Shown in pieces: positions 38,413-51,007 of a stretch of 64,000 bases of DNA. The notes beneath the pieces are model-generated. The model saw only the letters and a list, made by a program, of their open reading frames with translations, was not told the DNA's origin and did not search any database. The position numbers and the translations under genes are program-made. This DNA is from Lingula anatina (lineage: Eukaryota > Animalia > Brachiopoda). The stretch spans positions 5,394,001-5,458,000 of the forward strand of contig CM120643.1 in NCBI GenBank assembly GCA_051362555.1. Direction: 5' to 3'. Position 1 is the first letter of the stretch. Each line of letters begins with the position of its first letter.

Positions 38413-41400
38413 TTCCATGTCTTAAAATATCTATGATAACTGCGGACCAAACTCACCATACGGCTTGTTCACATTTAGCTGTCCCCAGTACACTCACATT
38501 CCAAAGGACTGCTCGTTAGTGGACGTCTCCGGGGAGGCCTGCCCCAAACTGTCCTGCGACTGGGAAGGTCAGGATAAATGGATTGCTTATTTTTTTCTCC
38601 AAATTCTAAAAATTTCTATATTGCTACTAACCGTTCATTAATTATACAGAGATATCCTCTTTATTTTAACCAAGTATGAAACTCAGGTAATATGTACACT
38701 TTATGTACAAATAAAGATAAACGGTATAAAATAAATTAAAACAAAATAGTTTTGTAGATATTACTGCAAAATGCTTAATCGAGGTTAAAGCAACTGACTA
38801 TTGGCATTTTTGCAAGGTTATTATTGCTAGTGTAAACAGTGGATGTAATGTGACGATATGACAGCATGTTCATATGTAGGCATGCCCTGTTTTAGAGTGT
38901 TTATCACCACCTATTATTTAGCGAAATGTCGTTCTAACGGCACATGGCACGACCAAGACGAGGAGTGGTACGAAGGTTGTAACTACAAGTGTAAATGCAC
39001 GGACGCCAAGCGTGGCCTCATATCATGCCAGAGCGCGTACGTATCAATGGTTGGACAGGGTCAAATGGGTCTAGACAGGCGGGGTTAATTGGTCTTCTTG
39101 GTTTTTTCGGGAGTTATAAAATGTTTCTTAAAAGACATTTTGAAAATGAAAAAAGGGTAACATGCTTCCTAAATTAGCACCAATTTGGTCTTTGTTGACA
39201 CAGCATTTTGAACTTATCCATCAACTGAAAACTGTGTCAAGTAGAAATAGCGTTAGGTTGGATGCTAAGTGATTGTCACCATAAGTCAGAATTCAACGCT
39301 GAAAACTCATATCACTCTTTATGTTCTTTGTATGAGAATAAATAAATGTAGTAATTATTTTGTAGTTTTCAAGTTGATGATGTTACTTAAATCTTTGGTT
39401 CTAAATTAATGATTAGCTAATTTTCTTATGTGCGACTAAAAATATAACCTTTTTATTCGTAGAACTTTAGGAATATGAAGTCAATAATATTTAATTCAAA
39501 GACTGCTGTATCCATCCTGTTACATGTAATCTGTGTGTCAATTAATTCTTTGTATGTATTGTATCCTTTCAGTTGCACGGAGTACACTCTGATCCCACCA
39601 AACTGTAAGTTACTGCAGGTTGACGGTGAGTGCTGTAGAAAGCTGGTGTGTGGAGATGAGTTGTCGAAGATCCCACCGAGCCAGATCAAAGAGACCACTG
39701 ACAACAACAACAATGATGCTAGTATGGGTAGGTGAATTAGCACCAAAACAAAATTATTATAGCAACATGAATTAGACGATCGACAGCCAAAGCGACATAC
39801 AAACAGTCCAGCAAGATAAACTAGGACCAAAGTCATTTATTTTGTGTTTCCTCAACGCAAGGTCCATGTGCGTGGACCACGGGGTCTACATATTCTGAAT
39901 CAGCCTGCAAAGTACATGAATATAAGTTCTGTTGCTGTATATTGATTGAGCAATATGAAATTATGATGTTTGGGGATATTTTCTTATTTATTTACTACAT
40001 TTAATTGATAAGCACATCATGCCTCGTTTTGCTAATTATTTGTATTTTATATAGGATGCTACGACATTCAATTTAACTGTGCTGACTACGGGCAAGGGAT
40101 TTGTACGTCCGCCTGGGCCAGGGAAAACTGTGCCAAAAGCTGTGGATTCTGTGGTAAGTTACGTTTTACATGCACTCACCATGCTAGACGAAGGCATTTA
40201 TGATTTAATGTACACTGAGGTTCAGGATTTCAGAAAGTTATCTTTTACCTTAAAAAATCGGCGGTAGAGAAACAAAAATTTAAACTTTAAAAGTGAATCA
40301 AAATATACAATTATTGTGTATACCCACACACAATATCTTTTATAGCATTTGTCTTGACTGTTAATCAATTGTCAATCCTTGGAGATGTACATGTGATTAT
40401 GGGAGTCAGCCAGGTAGCACATTGAACGATACGACAATCCATTCACCGTCCAACAGGATTTGTTTTAGTGGCAATAGGTCGCATTCAGAACAGATGATCA
40501 TCGGATCTACTGATCTGCGGATCAAATATGGCGGACTCTACATGAAAGCAACACCGCCTAATCCTTTAATGGTCTCCCCGCCTCCACACGGATTAAATTT
40601 CGGCTTTGAGTTTTAATTGCTAGGCCCCTGCAGGGAAGGCGCGCGTGGAGGCGGGGAGACCATTCAGGGATTATTCGTTATTGCTTTTTAATAGAGTGAG
40701 ACATGTTTGGTCCGCGGATCAGTAAGCCCGGGGATCATCTGCTGTGAATACGACTACAGTATAAATAAGGGACCATTCCCATACCCAATCATACTAACTT
40801 CTACTTGTCAATTGAATCTCTTTAAAATAATTTTCTACCACAATATGGATTATTAAAAAGAAACAATAAAATAGACGTGTGATTGCAATAGTTTAAAAGC
40901 TCGACAAAAACATATCCAGTTACAAAGGAAGGAAAGTTAACGACCACAGTGTTGCTGCTCTACTACAACAGTAATCAAAAGTGCCGACAATTCCTAAAAC
41001 TCCACACATTTTATTTCAGCCACAAACGAAGGTAATTCCAATGGCAACGCCTGCGTGTTCCCGTTCAACTACAAAGGCAGGCAGGTGGACAGCTGTATTC
41101 TGAGCAATGCTGACTACCCGTGGTGCTCAACTACCAGTCAGTATGACCAGGACAAGAAGTGGGGTTATTGCCATGGTGGGTAGCTTCGACTTCATGTTTC
41201 ATTTTTAATGTTTATTTACTTTGTGTTTACCAAGGGCAAGTTTGCCAACGGGCTTACTTCTTTTCTATCTTCTTTTTCAATTTTTTATTCGCTGTCCATC
41301 CTGATTTACCAACTCATGTATGATTCCTTGATCTTTTGAACAAGTTGTAGTAAACTTCATCATTTAATTGTAGCCGAGCTAATGAAAACCCGATGCAAAG

Positions 41401-41970
41401 ATACCGATGGGACCACCGAGTGTAATAAATATGCCAAGGAATCGTGTGGAGCGTTCAAGGACTGGGCTAAAGGCCACTGTGAACGTTACTGTGGATTGTG
41501 TGGTACGTATGGAGGCAGTGTGTGGTATTAAAGCAGTGATAATAGTCTAGGATCACCTCCTCACGTTTGGAGAGCTACCCATCTATTGTATCATCTATTG
41601 TAGATGCATTTAGTATTTTGTTTTACCTGCTGCTGTGATGTACGTCTCTTTATTTATTACAGAAAATCCTTTCGTCCCTTCGACCACCCCAGCCCCCACC
41701 ACCACACCAGTTACCACATCAGCCACCACCGCCGTAGAACCACCCACCGTCTCTATGGAACCGGTCACCAACAAGCCCACGCCGACCCCTGGAGTGCCTG
41801 TGAAGGAGACACCCACCCCTGCAGCCGCAACTAAGCCAGTGGTTGACCCCTTGAAGGGCGACAAGTCTACCCTACCTCCAGTAACCCAACCAGAAGTTAC
41901 ACCCATTGAGGGATCCGGTGATGGATCCGGGGACAAAGGATCCGGTGTAGATGTTTTGCTTTTCCTTTAG
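36927..41970 (+). CDS. Secreted mosaic protein, ~408 aa: signal peptide - VWC-like x2 - ShKT - fibronectin type II - ShKT - Thr/Pro stalk - Ser-Gly cluster; 9 exons (36927-36975, 38030-38156, 38479-38567, 38922-39036, 39573-39727, 40055-40153, 41020-41175, 41374-41502, 41663-41970)
   Basis: All GT-AG and phase-compatible. Signal MLFALTVVFCASAAFA; VWC-like CKHNGEEYKQGEEW and CRSNGTWHDQDEEWYEGCNYKCKC...CC; ShKT CYDIQFNCADYGQGICTSAWARENCAKSCGFC and CKDTDGTTECNKYAKESCGAFKDWAKGHCERYCGLC; FN2 GNSNGNACVFPFNYKGRQVDSC...PWCSTTSQYDQDKKWGYC. AATAAA at ~42116. Confidence 0.88.
40476..40756. mobile_element. MITE with long imperfect inverted arms, in the intron between ShKT and FN2 exons
   Basis: GTCGCATTCAGAACAGATGATC / GATCATCTGCTGTGAATACGAC termini, plus internal GTCTCCCCGCCTCCAC / GTGGAGGCGGGGAGAC. 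Confidence 0.75.
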
Positions 41971-44900
41971 GACCATGTTGATTTAATCAGTTGCAATGGG
42001 TCACAAAATTGTCAATAACCCCCAAATATGACTTCTAAAGGACTTTCAGCGTTTGCCTTATAACTTATGAATGGTCTGTGAAAGATTGTCTTCAATTTAT
42101 GAGAGTCCCAATTACAATAAAAACACACAATTAATGCACACTTTTTTGGTGTAAAAATAAAAAGGGATATATTTTTGTTGGGTTTTGTAAATCAAAACAA
42201 GTAGAAGTAAAGCTCGCTTTAAACAGAAACGCGCGCTGACACGTTATCATCTTTATATAAAGACGGTGCCTGTAAATTGCGAAAAATAGCGTCGGCTTGA
42301 AAATAAGCATTTTAAAATTATTTTAATTCATTTATTGCTATTAATAATGCCATCCATGCATTTTACAATTTTTTTTAAACAAAAATCAATCAAAGTGTCT
42401 TGTGTTGATAAGGAATATTTTGCCAGGGTTGGTTTCCACTATACGGAATCTTCGCAACCACCAATCCAGTTTTGAAATAAAATTTTAGAGCAGTTAATAA
42501 TTAAAGCATCCTTGTACCGGATATTGAACACTCAGGTTGTTAACTTTTTCTTAATGCCAATATATTCAGAACAAATATATTCAAAACTAGACTTAATTTT
42601 TGCTTTTATATTTACTTCTGTATGTCTATTATTATAATGTATGTATGACATCATTGGCGAAGTCAGGGTGCACAATTAGAAAATCACATGGCACATATTA
42701 TGGGGATATCCTACCTTTATCTGTTTGATTGCCTGCCTAGTAGCGTGACAACCACTGTACATGGATATAGCAGATTATGGTATAAAGTATCAATTTAAGG
42801 CAGGCAAGGGGCCTACCAAATTATTCAAATCGATATTTGGCGGTATTCAGAACCAGGGCGGATTATATTCAAATTCCTTTATGGTTGTTCACCACTGGGA
42901 AATGTGGCTTGCTTTCACATTAAAGCCAAAGTTAATTGAATAAAATTTGTATTTTCATGAATTTCGTACAAAAAAGAGAAATACCCATTCAACATCTTGT
43001 AGAGGATAAAAAAATTCTATATATCTATAGCTGGGCTAACAAAATTTTTTGCGTCTCCCTCGGCTGGTCTGTTGGGAATATAGGTTGAAATAACCGTTTT
43101 TTACGCACTTTTGCTCACATAGTAAAGTGGGGTCAGGGGGGTCAGGGGGATCACGTGACTCCCCTTCGGTTTCAGAAAAAAACACAAAGATTCTCCTCTT
43201 GAAATGCACATCCAAACTGGCCCTCTCTGTGAGATGGTAGAAAGTGTACATTTGACTCGACGCCTACCAGGGAAACTTGGAGACAGCTAGACACTTCTAC
43301 GTGGGTTTGAATTCTAGAATGTTCAATCTAACATTTTTGCTAGGAATTAGTTCTAAAATTTGCGTTTGATTACTATAAGAAGAAACACATGCATGTACCT
43401 ACGAATGGTGGGCGGGTCATTAACGGCGCAGTCGGTAGTCTGCACGACATAACAAAGTATTGCCCTTTCATCAAAAATAAGTACTTTCTTCTCGGCGGGA
43501 AAACATCAAGATGTGTTTTTATTTTTTATTTTTCGAAAGTCACAAAGACACTATTGCTTTACCCAATTATACATTTTGTTTTTTATAACCCCCTCATATT
43601 CTTACCCCCCTGCTTATCAAGACTGATCATATGGTCATGCAGTACCCGGGGCAACTCCACAGTCGACATTTGAAAAGGCAAAGCCAACTCAAAACTTCAA
43701 CCGCCAAGGTGTGTACCGCTCTGGCTCTCATCGTGCTCTTTACCGTCACAGGTGGAGTCTAGTATAATCTCAGTGTAAAGCAAAATGAAAATAAAAGCAT
43801 CTAACTAGGAACGTTCCGGGCAGGCTTAAAGCGACCAAACTTGATTGATTCAGTAGCTTTCCGGGTAGAGCATCACGCCATACAGTGCCGAATGGGGGTC
43901 GGGAGGGGGGGGGGATTTGGTTTCTGAAAAAAATAATCACATTTATATTCCCCTATCGAAATTAGAATTTTGGCTAGCTCTCTATCAAATGGCAACGTTT
44001 GCCCTCCAAAACACCAAAAAAGTTTCGGGGTCATTCAGCGGGCCCCGAACCCGACGCCAATGGGGGCCAGGGTCGGCTTTGTATCCGAGGCCTGCCATGC
44101 CTTAAATAAACGGACACCCCCCTTTAAATAATCCTAGATCCGTCCCTTTAATATGATATGGTAAAAGATGTAAGAAGTCTGTCTGGAAACCCAATCATCT
44201 GAACCTGTTTCTTTCTTTCTTTTTCTTTTTTTTTTTTTTTAATTTTTTTGTTTCGTGTCGGGTCGGCGGTTCTTTCTTTGTTTGTCTTTAATCTTTCTTT
44301 CTTCTCTTTCGTATAATCATTATCCTCATCAGATTTTATCTACAGAGTGTCTGCAAATTATTAAAAGCAAATCGTTTCACCATGGACTTTCTTGGACTGT
44401 TGAAACGAAATAATTCCCAGATCACTTTCTACATATTAACCAACTTAAATCTTTTCCGTGGTTTAAAACATTTCAAGTAAACACAATATATGTAAACGGA
44501 ATTGACTGCCACCAGGATGCGTATCAATTAACAATTGCAAGAAACCCAGCTAACTTGTTTCATTTTCCTTCACTTTTCAGAAAAATATCTTATTTTTTAA
44601 ATTTTAAAAATGTAACCAAGTCCTGGGTTTGGTATCGTAACACACTGAATATTGGCTCCGAGCACTGCGCACATGTTGGTGCACATAGCATCAACCCCAT
44701 TACGAGACACCAGCCTTCTTTAGATAACCCAGGCCACTGAGTATGCTAGGCCCCGGCTATACCTGTGTGCACGTGAGTGGCACTGATAGCAGCCATAACC
44801 TTGAACCACACGATAACGACCTGGTATAGTTACTGGTACAAGTTGATATCTAAAAAAATTAGGAATATTTGAAATTGGTGCACGAAATAATGCGTGGCAA

Positions 44901-45602
44901 ATTCGTGAAGTGACAAAATAAACTAGCACCTTTGCAACCATGGCATGTTGTTAGAGTGATATTGACTTTCCACCCAGATTATGCTCTTAAACCTTTTAAT
45001 GGTTTTATACCAGGTTATATCCTTAATCTCTGTTCAATCATAAGAACTGATAATTCTGAACCTCAATTAAGATTAAAGGAATCAAGTCCATTAGTGCAGG
45101 ATTGGTATTTAAGAGAGATCGAGTTGAAATTATAGGGGGAGACAAAACTCTGTAGATGAGAGAGAGAGAGAGCGCTAAGAAAATTTCAGACTCCTGTCGT
45201 TCTATTCCCTCTCCCATGCCTCAGTGACAAGCAGTGTCCCTGAAACCCGGGCGGGTCGAGAACAACACTGATGAGGCATTCGAAGATATTGTTAACAATA
45301 AAGTGGCTCCTGCACCTCAATTAAAGAGATTGGATTGCATTAGATGACCTCCAAATCTTGGAGGAAAATTGCCAGCGCGTTTGATAATCACTAAGTTTCG
45401 TTAATGAGTTACCACGGGGCAGGTGGGAGAGTGGATTTGCCGGCACTATGCAAGTTGAACTTTGACGCTGCCGTCACAATAACCACCTGTGCAAGGACGT
45501 ATTCGCATTGCTCACTTGTCTTTCGTTAAGTGAGCAAGGGTTTAGCTAGGCCAGTTAACGTTATTTGTTCAGTATACATTTAAGTTCTGAGCTGGAGCAA
45601 AC

Positions 45603-47644
45603 ATGGTAGGGTTAGGCCAAAAGACCAAGTTGGCTATAGTGCCAATAATGACGACGGCTTTTTTCTGTTTGGTGTTTATTGCCCTGTTGCCGCACAGTGA
45701 AAATACGTTGAAGCTCAAGGGAAGGGGTTCGATTTTACCACCGTCTCACAAGTAAGTATTGTTGTTTGCATTAAGTGTTAGTATCTCGGCAAATTAGTAA
45801 TTTAGAGTTATTTGTATCATATGTAATATACACATGTATTTTCTATCTTGTGTTTATAATGATAAATTTGTAAACAAACAAAGCAACTTCCGTTTTAGGT
45901 GTATTTAAAAATATAATAGGCCTACAGTGGCTAAATTAACTTAATCACTATTTATATCTGTGTAACTGTGTTATTTATTTTTCTATTTCTTTATGTAATT
46001 GTAGTTCTCCTTCCCTCTCTTTAAAATTTGAACCACTCCATATTGTGTAACATATGATGTAGCTGTATGCTTCAAGACATGTGTTTATGGTAAATTTATA
46101 ATCACACCAAGAAGTTATATCTCACCACTTAGCTTGAACATTTTATTAGGAATTTAACTAGTATATCTGTTCATTATATAAAGATATATGTTTGTTCATT
46201 CACAAACTGGCAACACAATTACCAATTAGAGAATGCTAATACACCTATTGCATTGTTGTTTGTATATTATATTGTACAAGAACATATATCAGATGGTCAG
46301 ATAATCTATGTACCAGTACCAGAGATGAACTGAATTGAATTGAAAAATTATTATTATTAAATAATGTCGGGGTGACTAATTGCAATCCGGTAATTGTCAC
46401 ATTATCAGGGACCACAGTATTGAAAAAAATTGTGATATTTCGAATGTTTCATACTTGGTGTGGTATTAATTCAATCAGTGGAAGTATTTATCTGACTGAT
46501 AAACTTCACACACGAGAAGTAAGATGTATAAGTAGCTTTAGATAATATTTCATACCCAGCAGTTCAAATTTCAATGTCCTTTGTTTCAAGCAAATAATCC
46601 GTTAGATCTTGATTACATGGAATTAGTGGAAGTGCCCACCATAAAAGGGTAGACTTGTGTTTGAATTAACCAATCAGTTAATGAATTATCTGACTGACAA
46701 TTTAACTGATAAAGTTAAGCATAAAAATCTGTGAACTTAAAAAATCTTAAAGGAGACTGGAGTGACTAGGAGACTTGAAAGAGAAGAGAGAGACTAGAAG
46801 GGGAGAGGAGATTGAGTTCAGGCTGAGAAGGGGTCTTTATTGTACCATGTAACTTTTAGTTTAGCAAACTATATTCTGTTGAAGTAACAACGTTTCATTC
46901 TTTTTCGTGTGCTTACTTTAAGACATAGAACTTGTGAATCTCCGTAGCAGTTGAACAGACCGCGTTATCCGAAGATGTGAGTCCATTGTGCCCTACTCCC
47001 GGGGTTGTATTATAAAGAGTTATTTAATGTAATGTGGGGGTTATAGTAAGAAAGAGATCCCGCTCAAGTAAAGGGAACATGATAAATGTTCCCTCTGTTT
47101 ATGGATCAAACCTATAGTGATGTGAAGCAATAAATGGTTTATTGTACTTTAGGTTTAACGCGGGGCACCAAGGCCAACGTCCTGGTCATTTTGATGATGT
47201 CGAATCGCGGAGAAAGGCAGGGCCGGCTGGCAGCCACAACCCGTTCCGCTTCGGACAAGAGCAGATTAAGCCGCTCACCAGAAATACTCTTTCAATCGAC
47301 GAAAAAGCAGGCGATTCGATTGAAATACCAACTTTCTTTTCTAAAATGAAGCCAAGGTTCGATAAAGGGACGTTTAAAGATGAAACGAGATGTTTCAGTC
47401 AATTTTTATCATATTTGAGAACATTGAAATAGTATTTAATTTTTACTTCTTGAATACACAATGCTGTTTCATCATAGAATTGTAAGTACTGAAATAAACT
47501 TTTTAATTGAGTAATGGAGAGTAATCCAGAAAAAAAACAGCAAAATTTAATTTGAAGTACCATGGAGTGCCTGAGTGCACCAGAATAACGTTAAGATAAC
47601 TACGTACTTGTGATAAATATATTTGCTTTTGATAAACATATATG

Positions 47645-47682
<38 letters not shown>

Positions 47683-50600
47683 GCTTTTCATGACTTGAGG
47701 TTTTGAAGGAATATTGTTCATGCTATTTTTTATTTATTTATTTATTCATTTATTTATTTATATTTTTTTGTGATCGCCGTTACTACTACCGATGTCTTTA
47801 ACGACAATGATGCATCTTACCATATTAGGTTCAAAGACATCAAATTGGAGAGCGGTGGCGGAATCCCGGTCAATCCATTCTTACAAGCCTGTAAACAAGT
47901 TGTATCGATATTTGGTAGGTGTCCACGAAGTGTAAGTCTATGCAGTCTTTGTTTATTCAAGAAGAACATTGAGCAAATATCAACAAATATTGTTTATCTA
48001 CAGATATAGAGAGTTGCGTATATTTGTAAATGATATATTAGCAGTTCATGTCTGTAAGCACCGATTTTTAAAGATGAAATAGCGTAAATCTTTTATACAA
48101 AAATGATTGCTTGTAACCTTAGAAAAGCATAGATTATGATTTTGATTAAAGTCAATTATATACAAATATTTCCAATTTATTAATACCTTTATAATTTCCG
48201 AGTAAACTGATAATGACGTTAAATTTTATTCAGATAAACTTAATTCTGCTGCATTTTCACCAGTGAAGATGGATCTTAACGGAAACATAAGAGTAAGTCA
48301 TCATAATGTATGTCAGAAATATACACAAAGTTCAAATGAAGCCCAAGTGACAAGTACTTTACCTGCTGATTTTGAACAACAGTGCAGGTAGTTCACAACT
48401 TGGTAGAAATTACACCAGATTTTCTGTGTTTAAATTTGATTTTTCAGTTGATACTGCAACATAGTGTTAACTGTGACTATGATCACCAATGGTTGTTTAA
48501 CTAAGTATCCATTCGCCATTTCTTCCCTGTGTTGAATTACTTCGTACTGTCTTGTAAGGATAGCTTATCAGTTCTCGGTCCCCAACACTCACTGGGTGCA
48601 AAGTGTTCCTCGTGTGTGTCACACAGCTACAGTTAGCAGATAACACTTGCGTACTTTACTGATAAAGTAAGGTTGAAATAGGTGCATTTCATCTTGACTT
48701 AACATTTGGTTCAATTTGAAAGTGGGTCAAAATCCTATGCAATTCTATCAAAGCTCTAATAATCAGTACATGTAGGTCCTATACACGCACCATTATATGA
48801 GTAGTGTGTTGGCGTTGGAGGGATAAGTGTGTGGGCTACCTGGTATAATGAGCCCAAGACAACACAATCATTTATAAAAACAGAATGAGACACATTTCTT
48901 TATTCCATTTGACAAGAGTCACGGGAATTTATTTTTCCAAGTAAGCAACAATAGGCATCTTTCACTCATTTTATCATCTCATATCACATATTTGATTAAA
49001 TGAAAAGCCTTGTTTTTAATCTATTGTTTTGTGCTTCCTTATCACAATCTTGAGACTGGAGATAAATATTTGACTATACCCCTTGAGTTATCTGACCTTT
49101 ACGCCCATCATAGTAATGTCACTGCTTTTTTGATCAATCATTTACTTTTTTCAGAAAATAAGTCTTCAATACGACCTAAATCCGTCCGCCAAAACGCTTC
49201 AAGAGTTAGTTTTGAAAGAAAAAAATGCTGGCGAAACTCAGCTTCCCGACTCGGTTACCCAGGCTCTTCTTTGGATGAAAAGGTATATGCTTTATCATTC
49301 CACATAATAAAGATACGCTGAATATTAACTTAATACTGTCTAAGAAATCACAAAATATTGGATTCAGTAACAAACTACATCGCAGAGGATTTTCATTACA
49401 TCTTTAAAAATGGCGTAGCGACAGTTATACATGTGTATCAGTTGTGCTTACGTTTTCGTTAAAGACGAATGAATAATCGTAACATCTGGATTCCATGGCA
49501 GAAATATTATTTCATAAAAATTACCCAGTGTTTATCTCACATCTTCTTCTAGGTCAGTTCACTTCATCCAGGAGTTCATATACAGGCTGTCCACGGGAAG
49601 TTCAGAGCTATCAGATGTATCAGAGGCAGCCACCAAAGCCTATGAACTCAGCCTCAAGCCGTACCACGGCTGGGTTGTACGGGGAATGTTTTCAGTAAGT
49701 GTAGGGGATTTGGACATGATTTAATAGATATGACAGTATGATAAAGGTAGCCTAGCTGTATTGGAGGAGAGGCCAGTTAGTTGTGGCCTGCAAATGACTT
49801 ATATTTGAAAATTTGGTTTACTTTACCCTAAAGGCGGGATTTACACGCGTGGAAAATAACTGAAAAAGAGAACAAAATATTTACGTGGAAATTACCATCC
49901 CATGAATTTTGATTTCAATACTAAACACATACTTTCAATACTTAAAGTTTTACTTCTGTTAGCTTCAGATTATTTGTCTGTGCCGAAACACCAGACATAA
50001 AATGTGTTAACTATTGTGGCTCCAACAGTACCCCATCACCGCGTACCGCCAGCGTAACCCTCTATGATTATCTCGAATTTCGAACTTTTTTAATACTACA
50101 GTAAATGAAATTCAATTTTTGAATATGGTTTATATAAGTTATATAATGGGTATCAATATCAAAATTCTCTTTATTTTAATACAAATAATCCCCCCACCCC
50201 CATATCCGTATAAAGCGTGGACTTAATCTTAGTATTTTTATTTCAAAGGGTACAAAAGTTCACTAACCCTGCTTATTTTGCTCTTGTCCTATGTGACATG
50301 TACCGGGTGACACCTCAATCTGGCAGTGGTAACCGGTATCTTCAAGATTTGATAAGCTCAGACGAGTAGCATTAATGTAGGCTATATAGCTTGTTGATAG
50401 GCGTTGATCACTACAACTACCCGTATGAGAATAGTAAACATGTTTATAAAATGTTATTTCAAACTGTTTATATATTCGAAGTAACTTATAAAGTAGTAGC
50501 AATGAGAAAGTTTTTCGGGATATATGCACGTAGCCTGGCGGTGGAAATAGACCGAGACGTGAGTTTCAGTTTGAGTTTGAGAGAGAGAGATTCTTAACGT

Positions 50601-51007
50601 GAAAGAGAAAAGTCACTATCACATATTGCCGTCTGGTCATACCACGGTGCATGGTACCAACAGAACACGGTGCATGCACAGAGAACTAGTAGAAACGTAG
50701 TGAAAATAGCTCATAGGTTTCTTGTGTAGCAGCACCTCAATCCTTACCTTCATCCTCTAATTATTTTGATATAGATAAAGATTTTACAATTAATCAATTA
50801 ATATGCTTCCAGGTTGGTTTGTCCGCCGTGGGATCAGACGGCTCTACCCTTGCCAAGGCCTTTGCTGAGAGTGAGGTAGACTTCGAGAACCCCAAGTTCA
50901 TTAACCAACTCAAAAAGGACCTCCGAGAAACGTCTCAAGATTTGAAATACATGATCACGGAAGTCGATAGGTTCTACGAAAGGGAAGGAATCCCCCTGGA
51001 TTCTTAA
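45603..51007 (+). CDS. Glycolipid transfer protein (FAPP2/PLEKHA8-type GLTP domain) with N-terminal hydrophobic signal/anchor and no PH domain, ~320 aa; 7 exons (45603-45751, 47153-47356, 47829-47914, 48234-48292, 49155-49282, 49553-49694, 50813-51007)
   Basis: In-frame GT-AG exons give TFFSKMKPRFKDIKLESGGGIPVNPFLQAC...DKLNSAAFSPVKMDLNGNIRK...ALLWMKR...AYELSLKPYHGWVVRGMF, close to the FAPP2 GLTP domain as I recall it. Exons 3-7 are near certain; exons 1-2 rest on splice sites and phase. Confidence 0.88.

Noticed and set aside
41374-41502. ShKT domain as a K+-channel toxin
   Set aside because: The dyad position is Asp-Trp rather than Lys-Tyr, and the domain is embedded in a matrix-type mosaic protein.
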